64,000 nucleotides of DNA. Source: Mobula hypostoma (Eukaryota). The stretch is taken from NCBI RefSeq assembly GCF_963921235.1, contig NC_086097.1, forward strand, positions 30,878,001-30,942,000, given 5' to 3'. Positions 50,449 to 62,570 of this stretch are shown here, piece after piece (positions within the stretch are counted from its first letter, which is position 1; every line of letters starts with the position of its first letter). Made by a program: the position numbers and the translations under genes. Below the pieces are notes generated by a model. The model had not been told where the DNA came from and made no database searches. It was given only the letters and a program-made list of their open reading frames with translations.

Positions 50449-50650
50449 GACACAAGAGGTACTGCAGATGCTGAAAATCTAGAGCAATACACGCAATGTA
50501 CTGGAGGAGCTCAGCAGGTCAGGCAGCATCTGTGGATGAGAATAAACACTCGACGTTTCCAGCCAAGACCCTTCATCAGGAGTCGACTGTTTATTCCCAT
50601 CCACAGATGCTGACTGACCTGCTGAGCTCCTCCAGCACATTGTGTGTATG
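50449..50650. mobile_element. Penelope-derived palindromic repeat with a hammerhead core on the minus strand (50548-50583)
   Basis: Inverted arms. Minus strand reads actc-CTGATGA-agggtcttggctg-GAAA-c-GTC-gagt. Confidence 0.8.
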
Positions 50651-50974
50651 GCTGTAGGGTAATAACTGTTCCTGAGCATTACAATCATGAATAGTCAGGA
50701 TAGAAACAGTGGGATGGAGGGGTGGAGGTAGGGGGATATGATAGTGGTAAAATCAGGTTTATTATCCCTAACTTACATGTCAGAGAAGATTTACAAGCAT
50801 GTTGCCAGGACTGGAGGGACTGGGTTACAGGGAGAGATTAGTCAGTATAGGTCTTTCTACATAGAACATAGAACAGCACAGCACAGTACAGGCATTTCAG
50901 CCCACAGTACTGTGCCAATCTTTTAACCCTTCCCTTCCATGTAGCCCTCCATTTGTTTACAAGCATGGGCAGTA

Positions 50975-52485
50975 TGCAGTGAGACTATCAGGAAGGACAG
51001 GCAGATGATAGGGCAGAATTGCACTCAGTTAGATGAGTTGCAGTGTAAAAGGAGTCAAAAGTGAAAAGGGTGACGGGTACAGGACTGAAGGTGTTATACT
51101 TCAATGCACGCAGTATACAGAATAAAGTAGATGAACTTGCAGCACAGTTAGAGATGGAAAGGTATGACAATTGTGGGCATCACTGAGTCGTGGCTGAAAG
51201 AAGATTGGGGGCAACATCCAAGGATACACATTGTATCATAAGGACAGGCAGGTAGACAGAGGGGCTGGTGTGACTCTGTTGGCAAAGAATTAAATCACAT
51301 CCTTAGAAAGAGGTGAGGAAGGATCAGAGAATGTCGAATCACTGAGGGTAGAGTTAAGAATCTACAAGGGTAAAAAGACCCTGATGGGAGTTATATCCAG
51401 GCCTCCGGACAGTAGCCAAGATGTGGGCTACAAACTACAATGGGAGATAGAAAAAGCATGTTAAAAGGGCAATGTTACAATAGTCACAGGGGATTTCAAT
51501 GTGCAGCTAGGTTGGGAAAATCAGATTGGTGCTGGGTCTCAAGAGAGAGAATTTGTAGAATGCCCAAAAGATGGCTTTTTAAAGCAACTTGTGGTTGAGC
51601 CCTCTGAGGGATTATCTATTGTGGATTGGGTGTTGAGTAATGAACTGGATTTGATTAAAGAGCTTAAGGTAAAGGAACCCTTAGGAGGCAGTGATCATAA
51701 TATGATAGCATTCACCCTGTAATTTGAGGGGTCAGAAGAGTCAGTATTTCAGTGGAGTAATTACAGAGACATGAGAGAAGAGATGGCCAAAATTGATTTG
51801 AAAAGGACACCAGCGGTGATGATGGCAAAACAGCAATGGCTGGAGTTTCTGAGAGCAACTTGGAGCTCACAGGATAGATATATCCCAAAGAAGAATAAGT
51901 ATTCTAAATGCAGGATAACACAACTGTGACTGACAAGGGAAGTCAAAGCCAACATAAAAGCCAAAGAGAAGGCATACAATAGAGAAAAAAATTAGTAGGA
52001 AGTTAGAGGATTGGGAAACTTTTAAAATCCAACATAAGGCAACTAAAAAAGCTATAAGGGGACAAATGATGAAATATGAAAGTAAGTTAGCCAATAATGT
52101 TAAAGAGGTTACCAAAGACTTTTTCAGATATATAAAGAGTAAAAGAGAGGCAAGAGTAGCTCTTGAACCACTGGAAAATACTACTGGAGAGATAGAAATG
52201 GGGATCAAGGAAATGGCAGACAAACTGACTAAGTATTTTGCATCAGTTTTCACTGTGGAAGTCACTAGCAGTATGCCAGAAGTTCAAAAGTGAGTGCGGC
52301 TGCTATTATTAGGGAGAAGGTGCTTGGCAAACTGAGAGATCTGAAGGTAGATAAGTCACCTGGACCAAATGGTCTACACTCCAGGGTTCTGAAAGAGGTC
52401 GCTGAAGAGATTGTGGAGGCATTAGTAATGATCTTTCAAGAATCACTAGATTCTGGAATGGTTCCGGAGGACCAGAAAATTGCCT
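50975..52485 (+). mobile_element. CR1 ORF2 5' half, decayed
   Basis: LKVLYFNARSI, KEPLGGSDHNMI and KSPGPNGLHSRVLKE frames. Confidence 0.85.
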
Positions 52486-52499
52486 GACCTCAGTCATTG

Positions 52500-52657
52500 A
52501 AAAGATATTGGAGGAACTCAGCAAATCGGGTAGCTTCCGGCCAAGACCATATCGACTGTTCATTCCCCTTTGCAGATGCTCCCTGACCTGCAGAGTTCCT
52601 CCAGAACTTCTTATGTTTTACTCAAGGTTTCTAACATCTGCACAAACTCTTGTGTTT
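52500..52657. mobile_element. Penelope-derived palindromic repeat, decayed
   Basis: tggaggaactcagc at the left end and gcagagttcctccag toward the right end. Confidence 0.65.
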
Positions 52658-53465
52658 GCAGAAAGGACGTGGAGGCTTTGGGGAGGGTGCAGAAGAGGTT
52701 CACCAGGATGTTGCTTAGACTGGAGTGTATTAACTGGAGGGAGAGTTTAGACAAACTTGGGCTGTTTTCTCTGGAAATCAGGGCTGAGGGAAGACCTGAT
52801 CGAAGTTTATAAAATTATTAGAGGCGTGAATGGGTCGACAGTTAGAGCCACTTTCCAGGGAGGAAACATCAAATACTGGAGTGCACAGCTTTAAGATGAG
52901 AAAGGGAGAGTTTAAAGGAGATGTGCAGGCTGAGAGTTTTACACAGAGAGCGGCGGATGTCTGGTACAGACTGCCGGGGGGAGCGAGGGTGGTGGGGGTG
53001 GTGGAAGCAGGTGCAGCAGAGGTGTTTAAGAGGCTGTCAGTCAGACACATCAACAGGTGGGGAAATGGATCGCCTACTGGCAAAAGAGATCTAGTTTATT
53101 CAGGCCAAATGGCCTGTTTCTATGCTGTACTGTTCTCAGCTGGACAGGACACAGACTCCATCGTGATGTAGGTTAGGAACAAGAAGCAAGGATTTCAGAC
53201 CTCCGGTGTCATGGTCTAACACCTCCCCGCCCTGCCAGACCAGGGGGTATCCATGGCAATGTGCTGCTGCCTCTGTGGGTGGGTCGCCATCTCTACCCTG
53301 GCAATGGACAGGGTGAACAGAAATGCCAGCGTCAACCAGACAACAAGTTTAGAGAGACATGGGTCAGACACAGCCAAATGGCACTAGCTGAGATGGACAC
53401 CTTGGTCAGCCTGGACCAGTTGGGCCAAAGGGTCAGAGGGCACAGTGTCAGACCAGAAGGACATC

Positions 53466-55562
53466 TGAAAAAGGATCTGGTGCTTTTCCGGCATATATGA
53501 TGCATAAGCTCTATTAGATCTTCCCCATATTTTCACAAGGATCACCAGGATCCTGAAGAAATACCAGATTAATACCATCCACAAACCCGTAAGGAAGCTC
53601 AAATCCTGGTTTATATGGGTCAAAGATGATCTGGGACCCAGGTCAGCTGGTGTTTACAGGATTTCCTAAGAACGCAGAGTAGCGTATATCAGCATGGTGG
53701 AAACCTGCATCAAGGAGCACAGGAGGTGTATCTGTTTGGGTTACCCAGATAAATCGCTGGGAGCAGAACATTGCATTCACAATGGCCATAGTATTGACTT
53801 CGACAGCACAAAACTACGTGCCGCACCGATGGCTTTTGGGACCGTCTGGTGAAGGAAGCCATTGAAATAAACTAGAGAAAAAGAATTTTAACGAAGATGA
53901 AGGTAAGAACCGGAATTCAATTGTAAACAGGTAGAACAGCAGAAACCTGATTGGATGAGGACTAACCAATCAGGAGGGACGGACTACAGTGGGTATAACT
54001 GGACTAGAAATGCCTAGGCGTCACCCTTGATGAAGATGGCAGAGTTTGTCATTGAAACTTTATACTTTATTGTCGCCAAACAATTGGTACTAGAACGTAC
54101 AATCATCACAGCAATATTTGATTCTGCGCTTCCCACTCCCTGGATTACAAATATTAAATATTAAAATATTAAAAATAGTTAAAATTAGTAAATATTAAAA
54201 ATTTAAATTATAAATCATAAATAGAAAATAGAAAAATGGAAAGTAAGGTAGTGCAAAAAAACCAAGAGGCAGGTCCGGATATTTGGAGGGTACGGCCCAG
54301 ATCCAGGTCAGGATCCGTTCAGCAGCTTTTTCAACTGTTACACAGTTGGAAAGAAGCTGTTCCCAAATCTGACCATACGAGTCTTCAAGCTCCTGAGCCT
54401 TCTCCAGGAGGGAAGAGGGACGAAAAGTGTGTTGGCTGGGTGGGTCATGTCCTTGATTATCCTGGCAGCACTGCTCTGACAGCGTGCGGTGTAAAGTGAG
54501 TCCACGGACGGAAGATTGGTTTGTGTGATGTGCTGCGCTGTGTTCACGATCTTCTGCAGCTTCTTTTGGTCTTGGACAGGACAACTTCCATACCAGGTTG
54601 TGATGCACCCTAGAAGAATGCTTTCTACAGTGCATCTATAAAAATTAGTGAGGGTTTTAGGGGACAGGCCAAATTTCTTTAGTTTTCTCAGGAAGTAAAG
54701 GTGCTGGCAGGCCTTCTTGGCAGTGGACTCTGCTTGGTTGGACCAAGTCAGGTCATTTGTGATATTGACCCAGAGAAACTTAAAGCTTTTAACCTGTTCC
54801 ACTTGCGCACCACTGATGTAAATTGGGTTGTGTCGTTCGCTACTCCTTCTGAAATCAACAACCAATTCCTTCGTCTTGCTGACGTTGAGGGATAGGTTAT
54901 TGTCTTCGCACCATGCCACCAGGTTCTTAATTTCCTCTGTGTACTCAAACTCATCATTACCCGAGATACGGCCTACAATTGTTGTGTCATCAGCAAACTT
55001 ATATATTGAGTTTGATGGAAATTTGGCTACACAATCATGGGTGTACAGTGAGTACAGCAGGGGGCTGAGTACACAGCCTTGTGGGGCACCGGTGCTCAGA
55101 GTGATTGTAGAGGAGAGCTTGTCCCCTATTTTTACAGCCTGGGTCCTGTCTGTGAGGAAGTTGAAGATCCAGCTGCAGATCTGAGTGCTAAGGCCCAGGT
55201 TCCGGAGCTTAGGAATCAGTTTATTTGGAATGATGGTATTAAAGGCATAGCTGTAGTCAATGAAAAGGAGCCTTATGTATGCGTCTTTACTCTCCAGGTG
55301 TTCTAAGGAGGAACGTAGGGCCAGCGAGGTGGCATCTGCCATTGACCTGTTGCTCCGGTAGGTGAATTGCAAAGTGTCGAGGTTGACCGGTAGGCTGTGG
55401 TTGATGTGTGCCAAAACCAATCTCTCGAAGCACTTCATAGGAATTGATGTCAGAGCCACAGGTCGATAATCATTCACGCGTGCCACCTTGCTCTTTGTTA
55501 AAATTGATGTGGGTTAAAATTGATGTCTGTACTGGCTGGAAGTCTAAGAAGAGTTTATTCAT
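53466..55562 (+). mobile_element. Penelope-like element fragment (GIY-YIG endonuclease region and hammerhead), interrupted by a Rex LINE
   Basis: Decayed frame RILKKYQINTIHKP...SAGVYRI...IKEHRRCI...AEHCIHNGHSIDFD...DRLVKEAIEI. 11-bp TSD agaaggacatc at 53455-53465 and 55563-55573. Confidence 0.85.
54059..55495 (-). mobile_element. Young Rex1/Babar LINE, 5'-truncated, open RT frame
   Basis: ORF 54338-55486 (382 aa; [27 protein letters not shown]). Confidence 0.93.
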
Positions 55563-55839
55563 AGAAGGACATCCCTTTAGAACAACGATGAGGAGGAATT
55601 TCTTTAGCTAGAGAGTGGAAAATCTGTGGAATTTATTGCCACGGATGGCTGTGGAGGTCAAGTCATTGGGAATATTTTGATAGGTTCCAGATCAGTAAGG
55701 GTGTCAAAGGTTACAGGGAGGAGACAGGAGAATGGGGTTGAGAGGGTAATAAATCAGCCATCATGGAATGGTGGAGCAGACTCGATGGGCCAAATGGCCT
55801 AATTTGGCTCCTATTTCTTACGGTCTTATGGTCTTAAGG

Positions 55840-56160
55840 CTCTGTGACCACTCCCGGTGTTCTCACTCGGTCTGAGCTGTGAGCAATTTCCCCACAGTCA
55901 GCATGCAATGAAAGGGTTAACAGACTTCACACCTGTCCACACACTGGCCTTGTTTGTTTGGACTTTGGCCTACACTTTCCATCTGAAAACACGCCAGTTA
56001 AGCAGGCCTGACATCAAAGGGAACCCAAAACTGATATCTGTTCCCCACACATTGTTTAGCTCCTCCCCACCCTGCTCCATCACCAGGTCAGGTCACTAGA
56101 TGTGTGAACAGTTTCCACGTTTCTCTCTCCTGCTCTCTGTAAAATGCAAAGGCCCAACAA
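55840..56160. promoter_or_regulatory. Candidate enhancer (FOX, HNF4, TCF/LEF and nuclear-receptor motifs)
   Basis: Non-repetitive island with TGTTTGTTT at 55951, TGGACTTTGGCC at 55959, ACATCAAAGG at 56011 and AGGTCAGGTCA at 56085. Confidence 0.4.
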
Positions 56161-56894
56161 TGACTTCGTGAGGATAAGTTGAGCAAGCCAGGGGTTTCTT
56201 TTTCTTTTTGGAGCGGTAGAGGACGAGGGCTGATGTGATAGAAATGTACAAGGTGATAAGAAGCATAGGTAGGGTAGACAACCAGTGCCTTTCTCCCGGG
56301 GCAGAAATGGTTAATATAAGGGGGTGTAATTTTAAGGTGATTGGAGGAAGGTATAGGGGGATGTCAGAGGTAGGTGGTGTTACACAGTGTGAGACACGTG
56401 GAACACACTGCCAGAGGTGGTGGTAGAGGCAGATACATCAGGTGCATTTAAGAGATTCTTAGGCAGGCACATGGATGGTTGAGAAAAGGTTAGATGGGTC
56501 TTAGAGTAGGTTAGCTGTTCTATGGTCTACTCTTTATGTTCACCGAGGCTTAAGGCACTTTATGGTGCCTTCGATGCAAGGTTGCATCAAGGGAGTCTGC
56601 CAAAGGCAACAGCAAACTAAAAGAATCCTGAGGACTCTGAACTGGCTGAATATGAAGAGGACGTTTCCCCTTGTGGGGCTTTACACACCTTACATATGTT
56701 TTGTTTGCCTCTATTGATCCGGACTTCCAGTATTGTCTGTGTGGAGTTTGCACGTACTCCCTGTGAACCATCAGGGAGCAGATACAAAAGCCTAAAAGCA
56801 CGTACCACCAGGTTCGAGAACAGCTTGGATCCAGCTGTTATCAGACTCTCGAACCATCATGCATGTGGGCTTCTTTCTCCCACAGGCTGAGACT

Positions 56895-59370
56895 TGATGA
56901 AGGAAATGTGTAAAAATAATCGGGCTGTTGTCATCAGGGATTTCAACTTCCCAAGTATAAACTGGGACCTTCTTAGTGCAAGGGGTTTAGATGGGGCAGA
57001 ATTTCTAATGTGTACCCAGGAGGGTTTATTTAATCAATATGTGGACATTCAAGTGACCAGACCTGGCACTGGGCAATGAGCCCAGTCAGATGACTGACTG
57101 TTCAGTGGGTGAGGAGTTAGGGAAAGGTGACCACAAATCATCGACTTTCAGGAGAGCTCTAGATAAGGATAGGTATGGACCTTGGGTAAAGTTTTAATTT
57201 GGAGTAGGGGAAATTATGAGGGCAATAGGCAGAAGCTAAGAAGAGTTAATTGGGAACACATTTTTTCTGGCAAGTCCACATCAGACATGTGGAGAGTGTT
57301 GAAAGATCAATTGCACAGAGTACAGGAAAGGTGCTCTGTTAGAAGAAAGGACAGGGATGAAAAGATTAGAGAACCTGGGAGGTCCAGAGTGGAACACACA
57401 CAAAATGCTGGAGGAACTCAGCAGGCCGGGCAGCATCTATGGAAAAGAGTACAGTCGATGTTTTGGACCAAAACCCTTCGGCAGGATGGCAGGTCCAGAG
57501 AGGTGATGAAGTTAGTCAAGAAGGAAAAGGAAAAGTATATAAAGCTTCAAAAGTTAGGATCAAATGGAGCACATGAGGAGTAGAAAGAAACCAGAAAAGA
57601 ATTAAAGAAGGGAATTAGGAAAGACAGGAAGGACCTTGAAAAGTCCTTGCATCAACGTGAATCCCAAGGCATTCTGTACATACATGAAGAGCAAGATGAT
57701 AACTAGGGAGAGGGTAGGACCACTCAAGGATAAAGAGGAGAACATTTGCTTGGATGTGGGGAATGTGGGTGAGGTACTTAATGAGTAGTTTGCTTCGGTG
57801 TTTACCAAAGAAAAGGATATGGAGGACCAGGAGACAGTGCTGAGTATATAAATATGTCAGGGCATTTAGAGGTCAAGGAGGAGAGTGTTGGGCCTCCTAA
57901 TGGGTATTAAGGTGGTTAAGTCCCCACGCTTTACCCCGGGTTATTGAAGGAGGCACGAGTCGAGATTGCTGGGCCCTTGGCCAGTATTTCCATGTCCTCT
58001 CTAGCCACAGGCAAGGTCCCAGAAGACAGGCGAGTGGCAAATGTTGTACATTTATTCAAGGAGGGAACAAGACAAAATCCTGGGCATTATATGTAGGGAA
58101 ATTGCTGGAGAAAATTCTTAGGGATAGGATGTATGAGCATTTGGACACCCATGGCCTAATTAGGGAGAGTCAGCATAGCTTTGTGTGGGGCAGGTTGTAC
58201 CTTACCAACATGATTGTTTTTTGACAAGGTGAAGAGAGAGATTGATAAGGGTAGGACAATGGATGTTGTCTACATAGATTCTAGTAAGGTTTTTGTCAAT
58301 GTCTCTCATAGGAGATTAATCCGGAAGATTAAGATACATGGGATCTCCGGCAAATTGGCTGTTTGGATTCAGAACTAGCTTGCACATAGAAGAGACAGGG
58401 TGGTGGTTGAAGGGGCTAATTCAAGCTGGAGGTCTGTAATTAGTGGAGATCCACAGGGATCTGTGCTGGGACATCTGCTGTCTGTGATGTATATAAATCG
58501 CCAGGATGAAAATGTAGTTGGGTGGGTTAGTAGGTTTGTGGATGATACCAAGATTGGTGGAGTTGTGGATTGTGTAGAAGACCGGTAAAGAATACAGCAC
58601 GATATAGATCAGTTGCAGATATGGGTACAGAAATGGAAGATGGAGTTTAGCCCAGTAAAATACGAGGTGTTGCATCTCAGTAGGGCGAATGCAAGGACAC
58701 AGTACACTGTCAAGGGTATGATCCTTATTGTTGTTGCTGAGCAGAGAGATCTCGGGATCCAAGTTCATTGCTCCTTGAAAGTGGCTGTACAGGTGGATAG
58801 AGTGGTTATGAAGGCTTATGGAATGCTCGCTTTTATTAGTCGAGGCAGCAAGTTCAAAAGTCGAGGTTATGTTGGAACTTTATAAAACTCTGGCTAGACA
58901 ACATTTGGAGTATTTAGTACAGTTCTGGCTGCCTCACTGTAGCAAAGATGTTGAGGCTTTGGAGAGGGTGCAGAAGGGGTTTACCAGGATGCTGCCTGGT
59001 TCGGAGGGCATGTACTATCACGAGAGGCTAGTAAACTTGGTTTGTTTTCTTTGGAGTGACGGAGGCTAAGGGGAAATCTGATGGAGGTTTATAAGCTTAT
59101 GAGAGGCATAGTTAGAGTAGGCAGGTGGTATTTTTTTCCCAGAGTTGAAATGTTAAATACCAGGGGGCATGCATTGAAGGTGAGAGGAGGTAGGTTTAAA
59201 GGGGCTGTGAGGGGTAAGTTTTTTTTATGCAGAGTGTGGTGGATGCATGGAGTGCACTGTCTGGTGTGGTGGTAGAGGCAAATGCATTGGAGGTTTTTAA
59301 GAGACATTTAGGTTGGCACATGAATGTGAGGATGTTGGAGAGATATGGACATTGTGCAGGTAGGAGGGAT
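56895..59370 (+). mobile_element. Decayed CR1 ORF2
   Basis: DFNFPSINWD, PQGSVLG, FVDDTKIGG and KDVEALERVQ frames. Confidence 0.88.
57390..57490 (-). mobile_element. Penelope-derived short insert with 10-bp TSD
   Basis: aggtccagag at 57380-57389 and 57491-57500 flanks the family sequence inside a CR1. Confidence 0.85.
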
Positions 59371-60619
59371 TATTTTAGGGGGTTTTTGATTTACTTTCAA
59401 AAAGGTTTAAAGGTTCATTTACTATCAAAGTATGTATCCATATTCAACTCTGAGATTCGTCTTCTCCAGATAGCCAAGAAACAAAGAAAGGACATGAAAG
59501 TCGTTCAGAGAGAAACATCAAACCAACCCCCCCCCGTACAACAGAGAACGGCATCCCGATCATCAACCCCCAAACCTCTTCTCCCCCACAAAAAATGCAA
59601 CAAGAAAGTCAAACCTCAAACCTCCTCCCTTCACACGACAAAACGGAAAAGGAACGGTTGAAAAACACAGAATATAAAAACCATAAGTCTGAAAAATTCC
59701 ACAATCTATAAATGCAACAGTATAGAACTACGGTAACGTCCTCTGACATCACCAGCATCATCGACAGAGAGGGACACCACATGAGGCAGAGAGCCCTACC
59801 CACCTGCCACAGCGAGCCACACAGCGATAGGCCGCTCACAGACCCCATCTCTGGCAGTGATCAAAAAGCGGGCAGCTGGTGCTGAAATCTCACTCGTCTT
59901 CCGCATTCACCTTGATATCTCAATCCTTCCGGACACTTTAATTGGCAAAATGGAGTCAAACATCGGCTCACGTCCTGTCTCTAAGCTCCTTCACCTCGAG
60001 GCCATCCGGAGATCCCATGCACCTTAATCTTCTGGATTAATCTCCTATGAGAGACATCGGCAAAAACCTTACTAGAATCTATGTAGACAACATCCATTGT
60101 CCTACCCTTATCGATCTTACACACTTCCCAAATCGAGCGCGTAAGTGCTAAATCACTCAATCCATCTCCAAACTGTAAACCGCAGGCTCTGGCAGTCCCA
60201 GGAACACATTTATGGTGAAAAACATATGTAAAAGAAGTAAAGGAGACATTTTTGTGAGCTATCTGGAAGACATCAACCAAGGGAGCATTGTACGCTGGCA
60301 ACATCTTGACTAGAAAATTCCAATTTCCTACATGGGTTTCCCCCTTGTGCTTTGATTTCCTCTCACATTCCATAGGTGGGCAGGTTATTTGGATGCTGTA
60401 AATTGTCCCCTATTGTGTGGGTGAGGGGTGGAATCTGTGGGGTGCAGGGGGGAATTGATGGGGTGAGAGTAAAATAGGGGTCACAGAGAAACAGAGGGCA
60501 AGAGAAAATGGGCTTGCTTTGTAGGAGATGGCAGAGCCCAATAGGCTGAGTGGTCTCTCTCTGTCATAAAGTAAGTAAATCTGGAAATGGGGTGGTGGCA
60601 AAGAAAATCAATAAAAGAA

Positions 60620-60822
60620 AACTGCAAATGCAGAAAACCTGAATAAAAACAGAAAATGCTGGAAACACTCAGCAGGTCAGACAGCACCCGTGGGGAGAGA
60701 AACAAAGTGAATGATTCAGAGCAAAGAATGAGTCTGCAGCCCGGAACACTAATCTGTTTCCCTTCCCACTGATGTGGTCTGTCTTGTGAAATATTTCCAG
60801 CAATATAGGCTTTTATTTTCAA
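60620..60822. mobile_element. Old Penelope-derived palindromic repeat
   Basis: gaaaatgctggaaacactcagcaggtcag at the left and aatatttccagcaat at the right. Confidence 0.55.
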
Positions 60823-61264
60823 AAAGGGCGCGTGGAAGTGGCCACGGTTTAAAAGTGTAGGTTCACCAACAAGGCAGGTGAAATGAGTGAGTATTTTTCT
60901 TCCAGAAGGTGGTGAGTCTTTGGAACTTTCTTCCTTGGGGAGTGGTGGATGCGGAAGTTTTTAATGCAGGGTAGATAGCCTTGGTAAACAATGGGTTGGG
61001 AGGTCAGGAGTGTGGAGTTGAGTTTATAATCTGATCAGTCACGATCTTGTCGAGTGGTGGTGAAGACCTAAAATGGCTCCTGCTCCTAATTGACTGTTTA
61101 TAAACCTGTCACTCAACCACATGCTGGGTATTGGTATTGGTTTTGGTATTTGGAATACTTATTGTCTGCCATTCTGGTCACCTACCTAGGAAAGGTATCA
61201 ATAAAATTGTAATACAGAAAAAATTTACAAGTTTGTTGCCGGGACTTGAGTTAGAGAAGGGTTG

Positions 61265-61482
61265 CAACACACATCAAAGTTGCTGGTGAACGCAGCAGGC
61301 CAGGCAGCATCTCTAGGAAGAGGTACAGTCGACGTTTCAGGCCGAGTCAGTTAGTCCTGACGAAGGGTCTCGGCCTGAAACGTTGATTGTACCTCTTCCT
61401 AGAGATGCTGCCTGGCCTGCTGCGTTCACCAGCAACTTTGATGTGTGTTGCTTGAATTTTCAGCATCTGCAGAATTCCTTAT
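61265..61482 (+). mobile_element. Young Penelope-derived hairpin insert with 15-bp TSD
   Basis: 83-bp inverted arms (61264-61346 and 61369-61451). TSD gttagagaagggttg at 61250-61264 and 61483-61497. Confidence 0.9.
61352..61389 (+). ncRNA. Minimal type-I hammerhead ribozyme motif
   Basis: UAGUC-CUGACGA-A-GGG-UCUCGG-CCU-GAAA-C-GUU-GAUUG. The core is intact, stems I and II can pair, and a palindromic ACGU replaces stem III. Confidence 0.7.
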
Positions 61483-61939
61483 GTTAGAGAAGGGTTGAGT
61501 AGGTTAGGATTTTATTCCCTGGAGCATAGGAGGATGAAGCGAGATTTGATAGAGGAATACAAAATTATGGTGGGTTTTCCCACTGAGAACTGAGAACTAG
61601 AACTAGAGGTGATGGGTTAAGCGTGAAAGGTGAAATGTTACTGGGGAACATGAGGTGGGATCATCTTCATTCAGGGAGTGATGAGGGTAAGGAATAAGCA
61701 GCCAGCAGATGTGCTGGATTGGGTTTGATTTCTACATTAAAGAGAAATTTGGATAAGTACGTGAATGGGAGGGATATGGAGGGCTATGATCTGGGTGCAG
61801 TTTGATGGGACTCGGCAAAGTAACAGTTCAGCATGGACTAGATGGGCAGAAAGGCCTTCTTCTGTGCTATAGTGCTTAATGACTTTATTGTCAGATACAG
61901 TGAAAAGCTTGCATTGCATGCTGTTCATATGCAGTGCAT

Positions 61940-62570
61940 ATGAACAGGAATGGGAGGAGAGAGAGCAGCGCGCTGCGCGTGCACAGCTCTCCGGTGAAAA
62001 CTGATAATGTATCCACTAAATAGGGGCCGTGGACAATTCTGATTTGATGGAGACAGACGTGAAAGCACAGAGGAACATCTGGAGAAATTTCTGAAACGCC
62101 TGTTTGCTTCTTTCGTTACCGCGCGATCGTGAATCTTCCCGAGGGAAGGCCTCAAAATCCTCAGCTTTGCCTGCTGTTGGCGACCGAGATTGAGGTTGAA
62201 TTGCTCGGATAGAGATGGTGCTCAGTACTCGGTGTCGGAGAGCTGATCGGAGCTCGAAGTTTTCGGACGACTCAGAGTCGGACTGTGGTCGGGTATGGCA
62301 GGGAGAGTTTTTCTTCCTTCTCCCTTCTGCGTGAGATGTGGGACATTTGACAGACTTTGAACTTTTTACTGTGCTCACGGACTTCTTCATCAAGTTATGG
62401 TATTGTTGCACTGTTGTAACTATATGTTACAATTATGTGGTTTTGTCAGTTTTTTCAGTCTTGGTCTGTCCTGTGTTTTGTGATATCACACCGGAGGAAT
62501 ATCGTATCATTTCTTAATGCATGCATTACTAAATGACAATAAAAGAGGACTGCGTGTCATCATAATCTAA
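61940..62570 (+). mobile_element. CpG-rich non-coding SINE-like element with LINE-type tail, inserted in a Rex fragment
   Basis: No recognisable coding content. Ends aatgacaataaaagaggactg...ataatctaat. Followed by minus-strand Rex sequence (ORF 62573-62962). Confidence 0.55.
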
